From: an uncultured bacterium
GTDB taxonomy: Bacteria; Pseudomonadota; Gammaproteobacteria; Burkholderiales; SG8-39
Assembly: GCA_965233165.1 (NCBI GenBank)
Contig: CBDDRX010000087.1
Span: forward strand, 35 to 64,034
DNA length: 64,000 bases
Reading direction: 5' to 3'
Part shown: positions 49,111 to 59,183 of the stretch, piece by piece
How positions within the stretch are numbered: position 1 is the stretch's first letter
Layout of the letters: each line of letters starts with the position of its first letter
Notes under the pieces: generated by a model
Seen by the model: only the letters and a program-made list of their open reading frames with translations
What the model was told of the DNA's origin: nothing
Databases searched by the model: none
Translations under genes and position numbers: made by a program

Positions 49111-50852
49111 GCGGCGCGGCGCCGGCCCCGCAGGGAGGCGGTGCGCTCCGGATCGGGCGTGCCGTCGGCGTTCAGCGCCACGCCGTACAGTTTCTCGACC
49201 TGCTCGCGCGTGTAGTAGCCGCGCGAGACGTCGCGCGCCACCTTCTGCGGATCGCGCCGGTAGGGATCGCCGTAGCCGCCGCCGCCGGGCGTGGAGACGC
49301 GCACCACGTCGCCCGGTGCGAGCTCGATGTCCTGGTCCTTGGATAGATGCGGCGGGGTGTAGAAGGTGTTGTTTCTCTGGATGGACACTCTGTTCACCCC
49401 GCCGTCCCCGCCGCCGAGCGCGCCCTGCGGGCCGACCCGGCCATGGTCCATGACCATGGAGGCGCGCGAGGCGCCGCGCCGGACCTGGATCGCGTAGTTC
49501 ACGCCGAAGCCACCGCGATGCTCGCCGGCGCCGCCGGAGCCCTCGTGGAGCGAGTACTCCTCGAAGAGCACCGGGTAGTACTGCTCCATCACCTCGATCG
49601 GTGTCGTCTTGGAGATGCCGATGGTCGAGCAGCCGTTCGAGATGCCGTCGGAGACCGCGTTGCCGCCGTACCCGCCGCCGGAGATGACGTACATGATGTA
49701 CGCGCGGTTCTTCTTCGGGTCGCTGCCGCCGAGCGCCAGGTTGCCGGAAGTGCCCGCGGGCGCGGCGAAGAGCTCGTCCGGCAGCGCCTTTACCAGCGCC
49801 GAGAACACCGCCTCGGCGATGCGCTGGCTCACTTCGGCGGCGCAGCCGGAGACCGGGCGCGGGTACTTCGCGTAGAGGAAGGTGCCTTCCGGGTCCTTCA
49901 CGCGCAGCGCCTCGAAGGTGCCGGCGTTGATCGGTACCTCGGGGAAGACGTGCTTCACCGCGAGGTAGACGGACGAGAGCGTGGTGGCGAGCACCGAGTT
50001 CATCGGCCCGCGGCACGGCGGCGAGGAGCCGGCGAAGTCGAACTCCAGCTCGCCGCCCGGCGTGCGCGTGACCTTGAGGCGGATATGGAGCGGCTCGTCG
50101 ACCACGCCGTCGGAGTCGACGACGGAGTGGCCCTCGTAGGTGCCCACCGGGATGCGGGCGATCTTCGCGCGCATCTGCTGCGCGGCGCGCTTGCGCAGCT
50201 CCGCGATCGCCGCCTCGACCACGTCCGCACCGTAGCGGTCGAGCAGGGCGGTGAGGCGCTTCTCGCCGGTGGCGAGCGCCGCGGCCTGCGCCTTGATGTC
50301 GCCGATGCGCTGGTCGGCGATGCGGATGTTCGACAGGATGATGGAGAGGATCTCCGGGTCGAGCGCGCCCTTCTTGTAGAGCTTCACCGGCGGCAGGCGC
50401 AGGCCTTCCTGCTCGACTTCGGTCGCGTTCGCCGAGAAGCCGCCCGGCACCATGCCGCCGGTGTCCGGCCAGTGGCCGGTGTTGGCGAGCCAGGACCAGA
50501 GCTTTCCCTGGTAGAAGAACGGCTTCACGAACTTCACGTCCATGAGGTGCGTGCCGCCGAGGTACGGGTCGTTGACGATGAAGACATCGCCGGGGGAGAC
50601 CTCGCGGGCGTTCGCGTGGCCGATCACCGCGCGCGTCGAGAACTGCATCGTGCCCACGAACACCGGCAGGCCGAGCTCGCCCTGGGCTATCAGCGCGCCG
50701 TCCTCCTTCGCGTAGATGCCGTCGGAGCGGTCGAGCGCCTCCGAGATCACCGGCGAGAAGGCCGCGCGCACGAAGGCGAGGTCCATCTCGTTGCAGACCT
50801 GCTGCAGGCCGTTCTGGATGACCGCGAGCGTGATCGGGTCGAGGGCGCTCAT
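49107..50852 (-). CDS. Hydantoinase B / oxoprolinase subunit
   Basis: DPITLAVI, AFSPVI.E..D, NDPY.GGTHL.D, GHW.D.GG, QEGL, TPGGGGYGDP. Confidence 0.93.
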   Translation of the reverse strand: MSALDPITLAVIQNGLQQVCNEMDLAFVRAAFSPVISEALDRSDGIYAKEDGALIAQGELGLPVFVGTMQFSTRAVIGHANAREVSPGDVFIVNDPYLGGTHLMDVKFVKPFFYQGKLWSWLANTGHWPDTGGMVPGGFSANATEVEQEGLRLPPVKLYKKGALDPEILSIILSNIRIADQRIGDIKAQAAALATGEKRLTALLDRYGADVVEAAIAELRKRAAQQMRAKIARIPVGTYEGHSVVDSDGVVDEPLHIRLKVTRTPGGELEFDFAGSSPPCRGPMNSVLATTLSSVYLAVKHVFPEVPINAGTFEALRVKDPEGTFLYAKYPRPVSGCAAEVSQRIAEAVFSALVKALPDELFAAPAGTSGNLALGGSDPKKNRAYIMYVISGGGYGGNAVSDGISNGCSTIGISKTTPIEVMEQYYPVLFEEYSLHEGSGGAGEHRGGFGVNYAIQVRRGASRASMVMDHGRVGPQGALGGGDGGVNRVSIQRNNTFYTPPHLSKDQDIELAPGDVVRVSTPGGGGYGDPYRRDPQKVARDVSRGYYTREQVEKLYGVALNADGTPDPERTASLRGRRRAA

Positions 50853-51358
50853 TTCGTCCTAGTGTATGCGCGGTAGAGGGTGAATTCGAACCCGGGAATC
50901 GCTGCTTTTTCCTGGTCTGCGATCAGGATCGCGTATGGCGGCTTTCCGTCGGGGTCATGAAAGAGAATCCCCTGTGGAGAACCGGAAGGCCTGGAACTGC
51001 CAAGACCCAGGAGCAAGGTTCGCGTTGCGGACGGCAGAACTGCGTCGCCGGGCGAGACCTGCTCGCAGGCCCAGCGGCGGAAGAGGACCAATTTGCTCAG
51101 GCAGCGCCTGGACCACGGCGTTTGATTGTTGAATCTATCCAGGTAAGGCTTGCTTTGAAGAATCCCGGGCGAATCCAGCTCGTACGTCCCGAGGTACTTG
51201 CCCTGGCCGGGCGCGACGTCGGCGATCCAGCGCTTCGCGCTGCGAAAGCCGGGGATCGCGAGGCGCTCGGCGAGGTGCTCGTCGTCGTACCAGGCGTTGA
51301 ACTCCTCCTCCATCTGGGGAGGCGGCTCGGTCATCGTCAGCAGCAGGCCGCGGTTCAT
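50849..51358 (-). CDS. EthD/DUF4286-like dimeric alpha-beta barrel protein
   Basis: EEEFNAWYDDEHL.ERL.IPGF..A.R, KYL..YEL; ATGA overlaps on both sides. Confidence 0.7.
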   Translation of the reverse strand: MNRGLLLTMTEPPPQMEEEFNAWYDDEHLAERLAIPGFRSAKRWIADVAPGQGKYLGTYELDSPGILQSKPYLDRFNNQTPWSRRCLSKLVLFRRWACEQVSPGDAVLPSATRTLLLGLGSSRPSGSPQGILFHDPDGKPPYAILIADQEKAAIPGFEFTLYRAYTRTK

Positions 51359-53361
51359 ACGGTCACCTTCAGGTTGCCGAGCGCATCCACTTCGGCGCGG
51401 TTGCCGGGCTCGAGCACCGTCGTGCAGTCGAGCTGCTCGACGATCGCCGGCCCTTCGAAGCGCGCGGGCAGGCTTTCGCGCTGGTAGACGGGCGTATCGA
51501 GCCAGCCGCCGTCGAACCAGACCTTTCGTTCCATGGGTTTCTCCACGGGTTTCGACTCGAGCAAGCGCATCGGGTGGCGCTTCCTTTGACCGATCACCGC
51601 CGTGTGCAGGTTCACCAGCACCGCGCGGATCTCCGGCAGCTCGACGCCGAAGCGCTCGAAGTACGCCTTCTCGAACAGCGCCTGCAGCGCCTCGCGGTCC
51701 GCCTCCGGGCGCGGCAGGCTCACCGTGAGGATGTGGCTCTGGCCCTGGAACTGCATGTCGGCGGAGTAGAGCAGCCGCACGCCCTCGATGGCGATGGCTT
51801 CCCGCTCCAGGAGCTTCCTGCCTTCCGCGCCCTGGGCTGCGAGGATCCTCGCCACGATGCCTTTCTCCAGCGAGGCCACCGGCTGGTTGACCGTGTTCAC
51901 GTAGTCGCGCCGCAGGTCGGCGACCGCGCAGCCGAGCGCGTTGGTGATGCCGGGGCGCGCCGGAATGAGGAGGCGCGGGATGCCGAGTTCGCGCGCGAGC
52001 GCCGCCGCGTGCAGTGGCCCGGCGCCGCCGAAGGGGAAGAGCACGAAGTCGCGCGGGTCGTGGCCGCGCGAAAGGGAAACCATCCGGATCGCGCTCGCCA
52101 TCTTGTCGTTCGCGATGCGTAGGACTGCGGCCGCAGCGCCAATGGCATCCATACCAAGGGGTTTGCCTATCTTTTCCTCGAAGATGGTTTTTATTCTCTG
52201 AACATCCACCCGACCTTGGACACCGAGCAGCTTCTCTGCGTTGAGGCGGCCGAGAAGCAAATTCGCATCGGTAATCGTGGGCTCGGTGCCGCCGCGGCCG
52301 AAGCTGATGGGGCCGGGCGTGGCGCCGGCGCTCCGTGGGCCGACCCGAAGCATGCCGTCCTCGCCGATCGAGGCGATCGAGCCGCCGCCCGCGCCGATGG
52401 TGTGCACGTCGACCATCGGCACGTGGACCGGCATCGCGTACTCGATCTCCAGCTCCGAGCTCACTTCCGGGACGCCGTCGCGGATCAGCCCGACATCCGT
52501 GGAGGTCCCGCCCATGTCGTAGGTGATCGCGTTGGCAAAGCCGGCGGCGGCTGTCGAGGCGGCCGCGGCGATGATCCCCGAGGCGGGGCCGGACATGACG
52601 GTGTTCACGGCGCTCTCGGCGGCCAGGGGCGCGCTGATCGTGCCGCCGTTGCCCTGCATGACGAGGAGGTCGGCGCGAAAGCCCCGCTTGCCGAGCTCCT
52701 GCGAGAGCGTCTTCAGGTAGCGGTCGAGGACGGGCTGCACGGAAGCGTTGACCGCGGCGGTCACGCCGCGCTCGTACTCGCGATACTCGGAGAGCAGGCG
52801 ATGGCCGGCGGTGATGTACCGGTTCGGCCATTCCTCCTGCGCGATCTCGAGGGCGCGGCGCTCGTGCGCCGGGTTGATGTAGCTGTGCAGGAAATGGATG
52901 ACGAGCGATTCGCAGCCCGCTTCCCGCAGGGCACGCGCCGCGGCGCGCACGCCCGCCTCGTCGAGCGGCGTGACGACCTCGCCGGCGGCATCCATGCGCT
53001 CGAGCGCCTCCATGCGCAGCTCGCGCGGGATCAGGGGCTCGAACCGGCCCGTGAGGCCATACGGCGTCGGCCGGGTGCGCCGGCCCAGCTCGAGCACGTC
53101 GCGGAAGCCGCGCGTGGTGATGAGCCCGGTCTTCGCGAGCTTCCTCTCGAGCAGCGCATTGGTCGTCGTGGTCGTCCCGTGGATCAACAGGCCGATGCTC
53201 GAGAGATCGATCCCGGTTTCCTGGAGCGCAGCGAGGACGCCGAACGCCTGGTTCTGCGGCGTCGTGGGCACCTTCGCGAGGCGAACCTCGCCGCTCTTCG
53301 CATCCAGCGCGATCAGGTCGGTGAACGTCCCGCCAACGTCGATGCCCGCGATCCAGCTCAT
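51355..53361 (-). CDS. Hydantoinase A / oxoprolinase ATP-binding subunit
   Basis: GIDVGGTFTD, HGTT..TNA, SGPASG, DMGGTSTD, IGAGGGS, FGGAGPLH. Confidence 0.94.
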   Translation of the reverse strand: MSWIAGIDVGGTFTDLIALDAKSGEVRLAKVPTTPQNQAFGVLAALQETGIDLSSIGLLIHGTTTTTNALLERKLAKTGLITTRGFRDVLELGRRTRPTPYGLTGRFEPLIPRELRMEALERMDAAGEVVTPLDEAGVRAAARALREAGCESLVIHFLHSYINPAHERRALEIAQEEWPNRYITAGHRLLSEYREYERGVTAAVNASVQPVLDRYLKTLSQELGKRGFRADLLVMQGNGGTISAPLAAESAVNTVMSGPASGIIAAAASTAAAGFANAITYDMGGTSTDVGLIRDGVPEVSSELEIEYAMPVHVPMVDVHTIGAGGGSIASIGEDGMLRVGPRSAGATPGPISFGRGGTEPTITDANLLLGRLNAEKLLGVQGRVDVQRIKTIFEEKIGKPLGMDAIGAAAAVLRIANDKMASAIRMVSLSRGHDPRDFVLFPFGGAGPLHAAALARELGIPRLLIPARPGITNALGCAVADLRRDYVNTVNQPVASLEKGIVARILAAQGAEGRKLLEREAIAIEGVRLLYSADMQFQGQSHILTVSLPRPEADREALQALFEKAYFERFGVELPEIRAVLVNLHTAVIGQRKRHPMRLLESKPVEKPMERKVWFDGGWLDTPVYQRESLPARFEGPAIVEQLDCTTVLEPGNRAEVDALGNLKVTV

Positions 53362-54062
53362 GCGCGGCGCACCCCGACGTAGCGCTCGAGGAGCTCGCGG
53401 CTGCGCCCGAGCTCGGCCGGCGGCGCCTCGTGCACGAGCACCCCGTTCTCGAGGAACGCCACCCGGTCGGCCACCTGCATCGCCGCGTCGACCTTCTGCT
53501 CGACGAGCAGCACGGCCACGCCGCGCGAGCGGAGGAGGGTCACGGTCTCGAGCACCTTCTGCACGAAGCTCGGCTGCAGGCCTTCGCAGGGCTCGTCGAG
53601 CAGCATGACCTTCGGCTGCAGGCAAAGGGCGCGCCCCATCGCCAGCATCTGCTGCTGCCCGCCCGAGAGCGTGCCGGCCAGCTGGCGCAGGCGCTCGCGC
53701 AGGACCGGAAAGAGCTGGTAGATCTCCTCGATGTCGAACCTCCCCTTACCGCCCAGAAGCCCCATGCGCAGGTTCTCCTCCACCGTCATCTCGGGAAACA
53801 AGCGCCGGCCCTGCGGCACATAGCCGATGCCCAGGCGCGGGACGGCGTGCGGCGGCTGGCGCGTGAGATCCTCGTCGCCGAGCCGGATCCTGCCCGAGCG
53901 GCAGTCGATGAGCCGCATGATTGCCTTCAGCGCCGTGGTCTTGCCCGCGCCGTTGCGGCCGAGGAGGGCGACCACCTCGCCCGGCTGCACCCGCAGCGAC
54001 ACCTTCCGCAGCACCTGGACGTTGCCATAGAAGCAATCGATGCCTTCGAGCGAAAGGGTCAT
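53358..54062 (-). CDS. livF: ABC ATPase (LivF-like)
   Basis: GRNGAGKT, LSGGQQQM, DEPCEGLQP. Confidence 0.92.
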   Translation of the reverse strand: MTLSLEGIDCFYGNVQVLRKVSLRVQPGEVVALLGRNGAGKTTALKAIMRLIDCRSGRIRLGDEDLTRQPPHAVPRLGIGYVPQGRRLFPEMTVEENLRMGLLGGKGRFDIEEIYQLFPVLRERLRQLAGTLSGGQQQMLAMGRALCLQPKVMLLDEPCEGLQPSFVQKVLETVTLLRSRGVAVLLVEQKVDAAMQVADRVAFLENGVLVHEAPPAELGRSRELLERYVGVRRA

Positions 54063-54778
54063 CGGCCCAGGTACGCCTTCTGCACGGCCGGATCCTTCTC
54101 GATCTCGGCCGGCGAGCCTTCGGAAATGATCGTCCCGGCCTCCATCACCGTCACCCGCTGCGCCAGGTTGAGGACCACGGACATGTTGTGCTCGATGAGC
54201 AGGACGGTCGCGCGGCGCGCGATAACCCGCACCAGCGCGCAAAAGCGCTCGATCTCGGACTCGGCGAGGCCCTGCGTGGGCTCGTCGAGGATCAGCAGGC
54301 GCGGCTCGGCGGCGAGCGCCATTGCAAGCTCGAGCAGCCGCTGGTGCCCGTAGGCGAGCGAGTCGGCCCGCTGCCCGGAGAAGCCCTCCAGCCCGACCGC
54401 GTCGAGGGATTCCCGGACCTTCCCGGCGACCTGCTTCTCGGAGAAGCCGCGCGTCAGGCGCCGCTGCGCGGGAAGGGCCACGTTCTCATAGCACGAGAGG
54501 CCCTTGAAGATGCTGGTGACCTGGAACGTGTAGACGATGCCGGCCATCAGGCGCTGCCAGGGCGGGACGGCGGTGATGTCGCGGCCTTCGTACAGGATGG
54601 ATCCCGAGGTCGGCTGCGCCCGCCCGCAGACCATGCCGACGAGCGTGGTCTTGCCGGCGCCGTTCGGGCCGATGATGGCGCGGATCTCGCCTTGCGCGAC
54701 GCGCAGGTTCACGCCGTCCACGGCCGTGAGGCCGCCGAAGCGCTTGGTGAGCGCCACGGTCTCGATCAGGGCAGCCAT
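54059..54778 (-). CDS. livG: ABC ATPase (LivG-like)
   Basis: GPNGAGKT, LAYG.QR.LE, DEPTQG, IEH, AYLG. Confidence 0.92.
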   Translation of the reverse strand: MAALIETVALTKRFGGLTAVDGVNLRVAQGEIRAIIGPNGAGKTTLVGMVCGRAQPTSGSILYEGRDITAVPPWQRLMAGIVYTFQVTSIFKGLSCYENVALPAQRRLTRGFSEKQVAGKVRESLDAVGLEGFSGQRADSLAYGHQRLLELAMALAAEPRLLILDEPTQGLAESEIERFCALVRVIARRATVLLIEHNMSVVLNLAQRVTVMEAGTIISEGSPAEIEKDPAVQKAYLGR

Positions 54779-55704
54779 GCCGCCCATCGCGTGCGGACCC
54801 AGCCGAGGAAGCCGAGCGGGAACCACAGCACGAGCACCACCAGGACGATGCCGACCACCAGCAGGTAGGCGGACGTCCAGCCGCTCGCGAAGTCCACCAG
54901 GTAGAACATGAGCCCGGTGCCGAGGAGCGGCCCGAGCAGCGTGCCGGCGCCGCCGAGGAGCGTCCAGAGCAGCGGGTAGATCGAGAAGAGGATCGAGGCG
55001 AACGTCGAGCCGACATACGAGAAGAGGATCGCGTACGCCGCGCCCGCCGCCGCGGAGAGCGTGCCGGAGATGACGACCGAGAGCAGCTTGTAGAGGAAGC
55101 TGTTGTAGCCGAGCAGGCGCGTGCGCTCCTCGTTCTCCCGGATGGCGATCAGGACCCGCCCGATCCGCGAGACCCGTAGCGCGAGGCAGCCGAGCAGCGC
55201 CGCGGCGAAAAGCAGGAGCGCGCCGTTGTACTTCATGACCGGTTCATGGAAGCCGATCCCCAGCAGCGGCTGCGCCTTGACGATGAAGCCCTGGTCGCCG
55301 AGCGTGATCTCGTTGAAGTAGAGCGTGCCGAGGTAGAGCGCCTGCGCGAACATGAGGCTGACGATCAGGAAGGCCACGCCTGAGGTGCGCAGCGCCAGCA
55401 GGCCGAACAGCACGGACAGGACCAGCCCGGAGAGCACGCCGAGGAAAAAGCCGAAAGGCGCGCCGACCTCGAGGTAATACATGGGCAGCCCGGCGCCGTA
55501 CATGCCGGCGGCGAAGAACATCGCGTGGCCGAGGCTCATCAATCCCGTGTAGCCGAGCAGGATGTTGTAGCCCAGCGCGTACACCGCGAGGACCATGATC
55601 CGCGCGACATTCGTGTGGTGGTAGGGCGCGAGGACGAACTGCAGCAGGAACAGCGCGACGATCACCGCGACGTGCAGGAGGAGCGCTTTCTTCGTCCCGC
55701 TCAC
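54766..55704 (-). CDS. livM: ABC permease (LivM-like)
   Basis: GYTGLMSLGHAMFF, AIRENE.R, LGGAGTLLGP; GTGA overlap. Confidence 0.9.
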   Translation of the reverse strand: MSGTKKALLLHVAVIVALFLLQFVLAPYHHTNVARIMVLAVYALGYNILLGYTGLMSLGHAMFFAAGMYGAGLPMYYLEVGAPFGFFLGVLSGLVLSVLFGLLALRTSGVAFLIVSLMFAQALYLGTLYFNEITLGDQGFIVKAQPLLGIGFHEPVMKYNGALLLFAAALLGCLALRVSRIGRVLIAIRENEERTRLLGYNSFLYKLLSVVISGTLSAAAGAAYAILFSYVGSTFASILFSIYPLLWTLLGGAGTLLGPLLGTGLMFYLVDFASGWTSAYLLVVGIVLVVLVLWFPLGFLGWVRTRWAAWLP

Positions 55705-56579
55705 GTGCGCGACTGGCCGAAGAGCCCCGCCGGCCGGACGATGAGCACTGCGGCGACCAGCAGGGTGGCGACGATCTTCGCCAGCGTGGGCGAGAAGAAC
55801 ACCGAGACGATGCCGTCGCTCAGGCCGACGACGAAGGCCGCGACCAGCGTTCCCTTCACGCTGCCCAGGCCGCCGAGGATCACGACGATGAAGGAAAGGA
55901 GCAGCGGGTCGAGCCCCATCAGGTAGTGCGCCTGCTGGATCGGGACCACGAGCACGCCGGCCGCTGCCGCGAGCATCGCGCCGAGCGCGAAGACCATCGC
56001 GTAGACGCGCCGCGCCGGCACGCCCATGGCCTGCGCCATCTCCAGGTCCTGCTGCGCGGCGCGCATGTACAGGCCCAGGGTGGTGCGCGTGAGCAGCCAC
56101 CAGGTGCCGGCGAGGAGCGCGGCGGAGATGCCGGCCACCACGAACTTGTAGCCGGAGTAGCCGAACCAGGGGAAGTCGACCTTGAAGTACACCGGCGGGG
56201 CGACCGGGCGCGCGTCCGGCCCGTAGAGCGTGAGGACCACCTGCTGCAGGATGTAGAGCAGGCCGATGGTCGCGACGATCGTGCTCTCCGGGTGATAGTC
56301 GACGCGGCGCAGGACCAGCCGGTCGGTCGCGAGCGCGACGGTGCCGACCACCAGCGGTGCGACGAGCAGGGCGAAGACGAAGCCGCCGAGCGGGCTCTCG
56401 ACCAGGCTCGTGCAGTACCACGCGAGCACCGCGCCGAGCATGAAGAACTCGCCGTGTGCGACGTTGACGATGCGCATGACGCCGAACACGAGCGAGAGCC
56501 CGAGCGCGGTCAGGGCGAGGACGAACGCCCCGACCGTGCCCTCGAGCAGGGCTAGGAAAAGATGCGGCCCGAAGCTCAA
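55701..56579 (-). CDS. livH: ABC permease (LivH-like)
   Basis: GLSLVFGVMRIVNVAHGEF, ILGGLGS. Confidence 0.92.
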   Translation of the reverse strand: MSFGPHLFLALLEGTVGAFVLALTALGLSLVFGVMRIVNVAHGEFFMLGAVLAWYCTSLVESPLGGFVFALLVAPLVVGTVALATDRLVLRRVDYHPESTIVATIGLLYILQQVVLTLYGPDARPVAPPVYFKVDFPWFGYSGYKFVVAGISAALLAGTWWLLTRTTLGLYMRAAQQDLEMAQAMGVPARRVYAMVFALGAMLAAAAGVLVVPIQQAHYLMGLDPLLLSFIVVILGGLGSVKGTLVAAFVVGLSDGIVSVFFSPTLAKIVATLLVAAVLIVRPAGLFGQSRT

Positions 56580-56604
56580 CGCGGCTGTAACGCGTTCCTA
56601 GCGA

Positions 56605-57870
56605 TCAGAAGCTTTGCTTGGTGTAATCCGCCTCGGGATCGTAGAGGCTGTCTTCGATGCGGGTGCGGTGCACCGTCTTCAGCTTCTTGCCTTCAACGCG
56701 GGAGACGTACTGGTGCCCGTAGCACTGGTGCAGCTTGCCGTTGAACAGCTTGCGGCCCTGCGGGTGCGCCGCGCCTTCCGGGAACTCCTTCACGCTCTCG
56801 AGGTACTCGATGAGCTTGCGGTAGTCCGCCGGCGAGGGGTCCTTGTAGCCGCTCTTCTCCACGGCCTGCTTGATGACATGCAGCGTCTCCCAGCAGCCGA
56901 ACATGTGGGAGTAGGTGGAGACGTCCTTCGGGTCGTTCACGCTCGCGCCGGACTCGTTCACGCCGACGCGCTTGCGGTAGTCCTGCACGTAGGCCGGCGT
57001 ATTCGCCTCGGCGTAGCGGGGGAACGCTTCCCAGAAGTACGTGTTCTCCAGGTACTCGAGCCCGGGGGCCGCAAGGTTCACGCCTTCCAGCGAGTCGATG
57101 AAGCCGAAGATCTGCGGCCGCTTCTTGCCGAAATGCTCGCCCATCTCCTTGACGAAGGTGAGCACGCCCGGGCCGACCATCACGTGGTAGAGCACCTCGG
57201 TCTCCTTCGGCACGCGGGCGAAGTACTTGGTGAAGGAGCTCTCGGTCGGCGGGATCGCCAGGCGCTCGATCACCTGGCCGCCGTGCTTCTTCGCCGCCAG
57301 GGCGAAGAAGTCGCGGTGGTCGTAGCCGAACGCGTAGTCGGGGTAGATCATCGTCACCTTCTTGCCGAGCTTGTCGAGCACCCACGACGACATCGCGGTG
57401 ACCTGCGCGCGCACGTCGGTGATGCCCGGCTGCATCACGTAGCGGTTCATCTTCCCGGAGGCGACGTGGTAGCCCTCGCTCACGACGAAGTACGGGATCT
57501 TCAGCTCGCCGGCGCGCGGCGCCGAGGCGATGACCACGTGCGAGAAGAGCGTGCCGTACACGAAGTCGACCTTGTGCTGGCGCGCGAGCTTCTCGACGAC
57601 CTCGGGCCCGCGCTTCGGATCGGTGCCGTCGTCCTCGGCGACGATCTCGACCGGCCGGCCGGCGATGCCGCCCGCGTCGTTGATCGCCTTCACCGCCGCG
57701 GCGGTGGTGCGCTCGTACCAGCGCCCGTACGTGGCGCCGATGCCGGTGCGGTGCACCTGGAAGCCGATGCGGATCGGCTTGCTGCCTTGCGCGAGCACCG
57801 AAGGCATCGCGGAGGCGCCGGCCAGGGCGCCGAGGGTCTTGAGGGTTTGCCGCCGGGTGAAGTGGGACAT
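56605..57870 (-). CDS. Tat-exported Liv-type substrate-binding protein
   Basis: TRRQTLK twin-arginine signal; INDAGGIAGR, EDD.TDP, DYAFG; GGAGG SD and TACAAT upstream. Confidence 0.9.
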   Translation of the reverse strand: MSHFTRRQTLKTLGALAGASAMPSVLAQGSKPIRIGFQVHRTGIGATYGRWYERTTAAAVKAINDAGGIAGRPVEIVAEDDGTDPKRGPEVVEKLARQHKVDFVYGTLFSHVVIASAPRAGELKIPYFVVSEGYHVASGKMNRYVMQPGITDVRAQVTAMSSWVLDKLGKKVTMIYPDYAFGYDHRDFFALAAKKHGGQVIERLAIPPTESSFTKYFARVPKETEVLYHVMVGPGVLTFVKEMGEHFGKKRPQIFGFIDSLEGVNLAAPGLEYLENTYFWEAFPRYAEANTPAYVQDYRKRVGVNESGASVNDPKDVSTYSHMFGCWETLHVIKQAVEKSGYKDPSPADYRKLIEYLESVKEFPEGAAHPQGRKLFNGKLHQCYGHQYVSRVEGKKLKTVHRTRIEDSLYDPEADYTKQSF

Positions 57871-57899
57871 GGAAACCTCCTGGTTTGAATTCATTGTAG

Positions 57900-59183
57900 C
57901 TATCCGGCCACCGGAGTGGAGAGGAGCCAGAGGCCGAGGATCGTATAGCCGACCATCAGCCCCGTCATGGGGAGCTGGCTCACCAGGGCGGCGCGGGTCG
58001 CCGGATGCCGCCTAAGCGCCAGAACGTGGGCGACCAGCACCGCCGCCACGTGTGCCGCCACGATGGCCGCCACCTGCAGGTTCCAGATCACGTAGACCGA
58101 CGCATGGTCGGAGAGGAAGGAAGTCCGCACGTGCAGGTCCCGCGTCCCGAACAGGTCCCAGCCGCGCTCCAGGGGATCGCTGATGGCGCGCAGGGCGTAC
58201 TGGGCATCGACCAGGAAGGTCGGGAAGTAGTGCGCGAAGTGGTAGCCGAAGGCGATCGGAACGATGGACAGCACGTAGTACCCGTAGCCGGGTTCCGAGG
58301 CGCCTGCGAGCCGCGCCCCCAGCCGCACGGTCCCGAGGTAGAAAAGGACGAATGCGAGGAAGGTCGAGACGAGCCCGATGGTGTTGGGCAGCATGACCGC
58401 CGAGCGTCCGGGGTGCTCCAGCGGGTTCTCGCCGATCAGGCCGAGCCACCAGAAGGTGCGCGACAGGCCGTCGAACGACACGGTCGCGAGCGCGAGGAGG
58501 ACAAAAGCGACGAGGCTCGGGGGAAGCGCCTCCCCGGCCAGCAGCCGCCGCCAGGGCGGGGCGAGCCGCGCCACCATGCCGAAGAACACGGAGAACGCCT
58601 CGCCGCGCTCCAGCCAGGCCGGGCCGAATATCGCCAGGGCGACGGCCGTGAAGAGGAAATAGCCGAGGACGACGCCGGCGAGGAGCGCCGGGTCCTGGGG
58701 CGCCGGGTAGATCAGCTCGAACCACGCGAAGGCGAGCATCAGCGCGACCGCGGGCCAGTATCCGGCCGGCAGGGAACGAACCCCGCGAAACGGTATCCAC
58801 CGCCACGGGTTCAGGGCGCGCCAGAGATTCCCGAAGACCGCATGCAGGAAGGTGAAGCCGACCCACCACAGCGTCCACACCGTGAGCGGCAACGGATTGT
58901 CGAGCGGGTCCCGGCTTCCCGCCCAGCCTGCGACCAGGAGAAGCACAAGAAAGAGGAATGACACGAAACTCAGCCAGCGCGGCGCATCCCGCTCGACGGC
59001 TTTTCGATCCGGAATTCGAATGGCAGGCAGGAAAGCCATCACCGCGAACGACAGCGCAACCGCGAGCGCGCCGCCGGTGATGTACAGCCCGGTCGGCAGC
59101 AGCATGACGAAGCCGCGCTCGCCCGTGTGGGCGAGGACCGGAGGTGAAGCGGCTAGAGCGAGTGCGAGCGCAGCGCGCCGCAT
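57900..59183 (-). CDS. Multi-pass membrane protein (FedB 'fenitrothion hydrolase'-like family)
   Basis: LAH...LP..LY..GG..V.LSF, LNPW, WFEL, LATVSFDG, PIAFGYHFAHY, DPL..GWDLFGT. Confidence 0.65.
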   Translation of the reverse strand: MRRAALALALAASPPVLAHTGERGFVMLLPTGLYITGGALAVALSFAVMAFLPAIRIPDRKAVERDAPRWLSFVSFLFLVLLLVAGWAGSRDPLDNPLPLTVWTLWWVGFTFLHAVFGNLWRALNPWRWIPFRGVRSLPAGYWPAVALMLAFAWFELIYPAPQDPALLAGVVLGYFLFTAVALAIFGPAWLERGEAFSVFFGMVARLAPPWRRLLAGEALPPSLVAFVLLALATVSFDGLSRTFWWLGLIGENPLEHPGRSAVMLPNTIGLVSTFLAFVLFYLGTVRLGARLAGASEPGYGYYVLSIVPIAFGYHFAHYFPTFLVDAQYALRAISDPLERGWDLFGTRDLHVRTSFLSDHASVYVIWNLQVAAIVAAHVAAVLVAHVLALRRHPATRAALVSQLPMTGLMVGYTILGLWLLSTPVAG

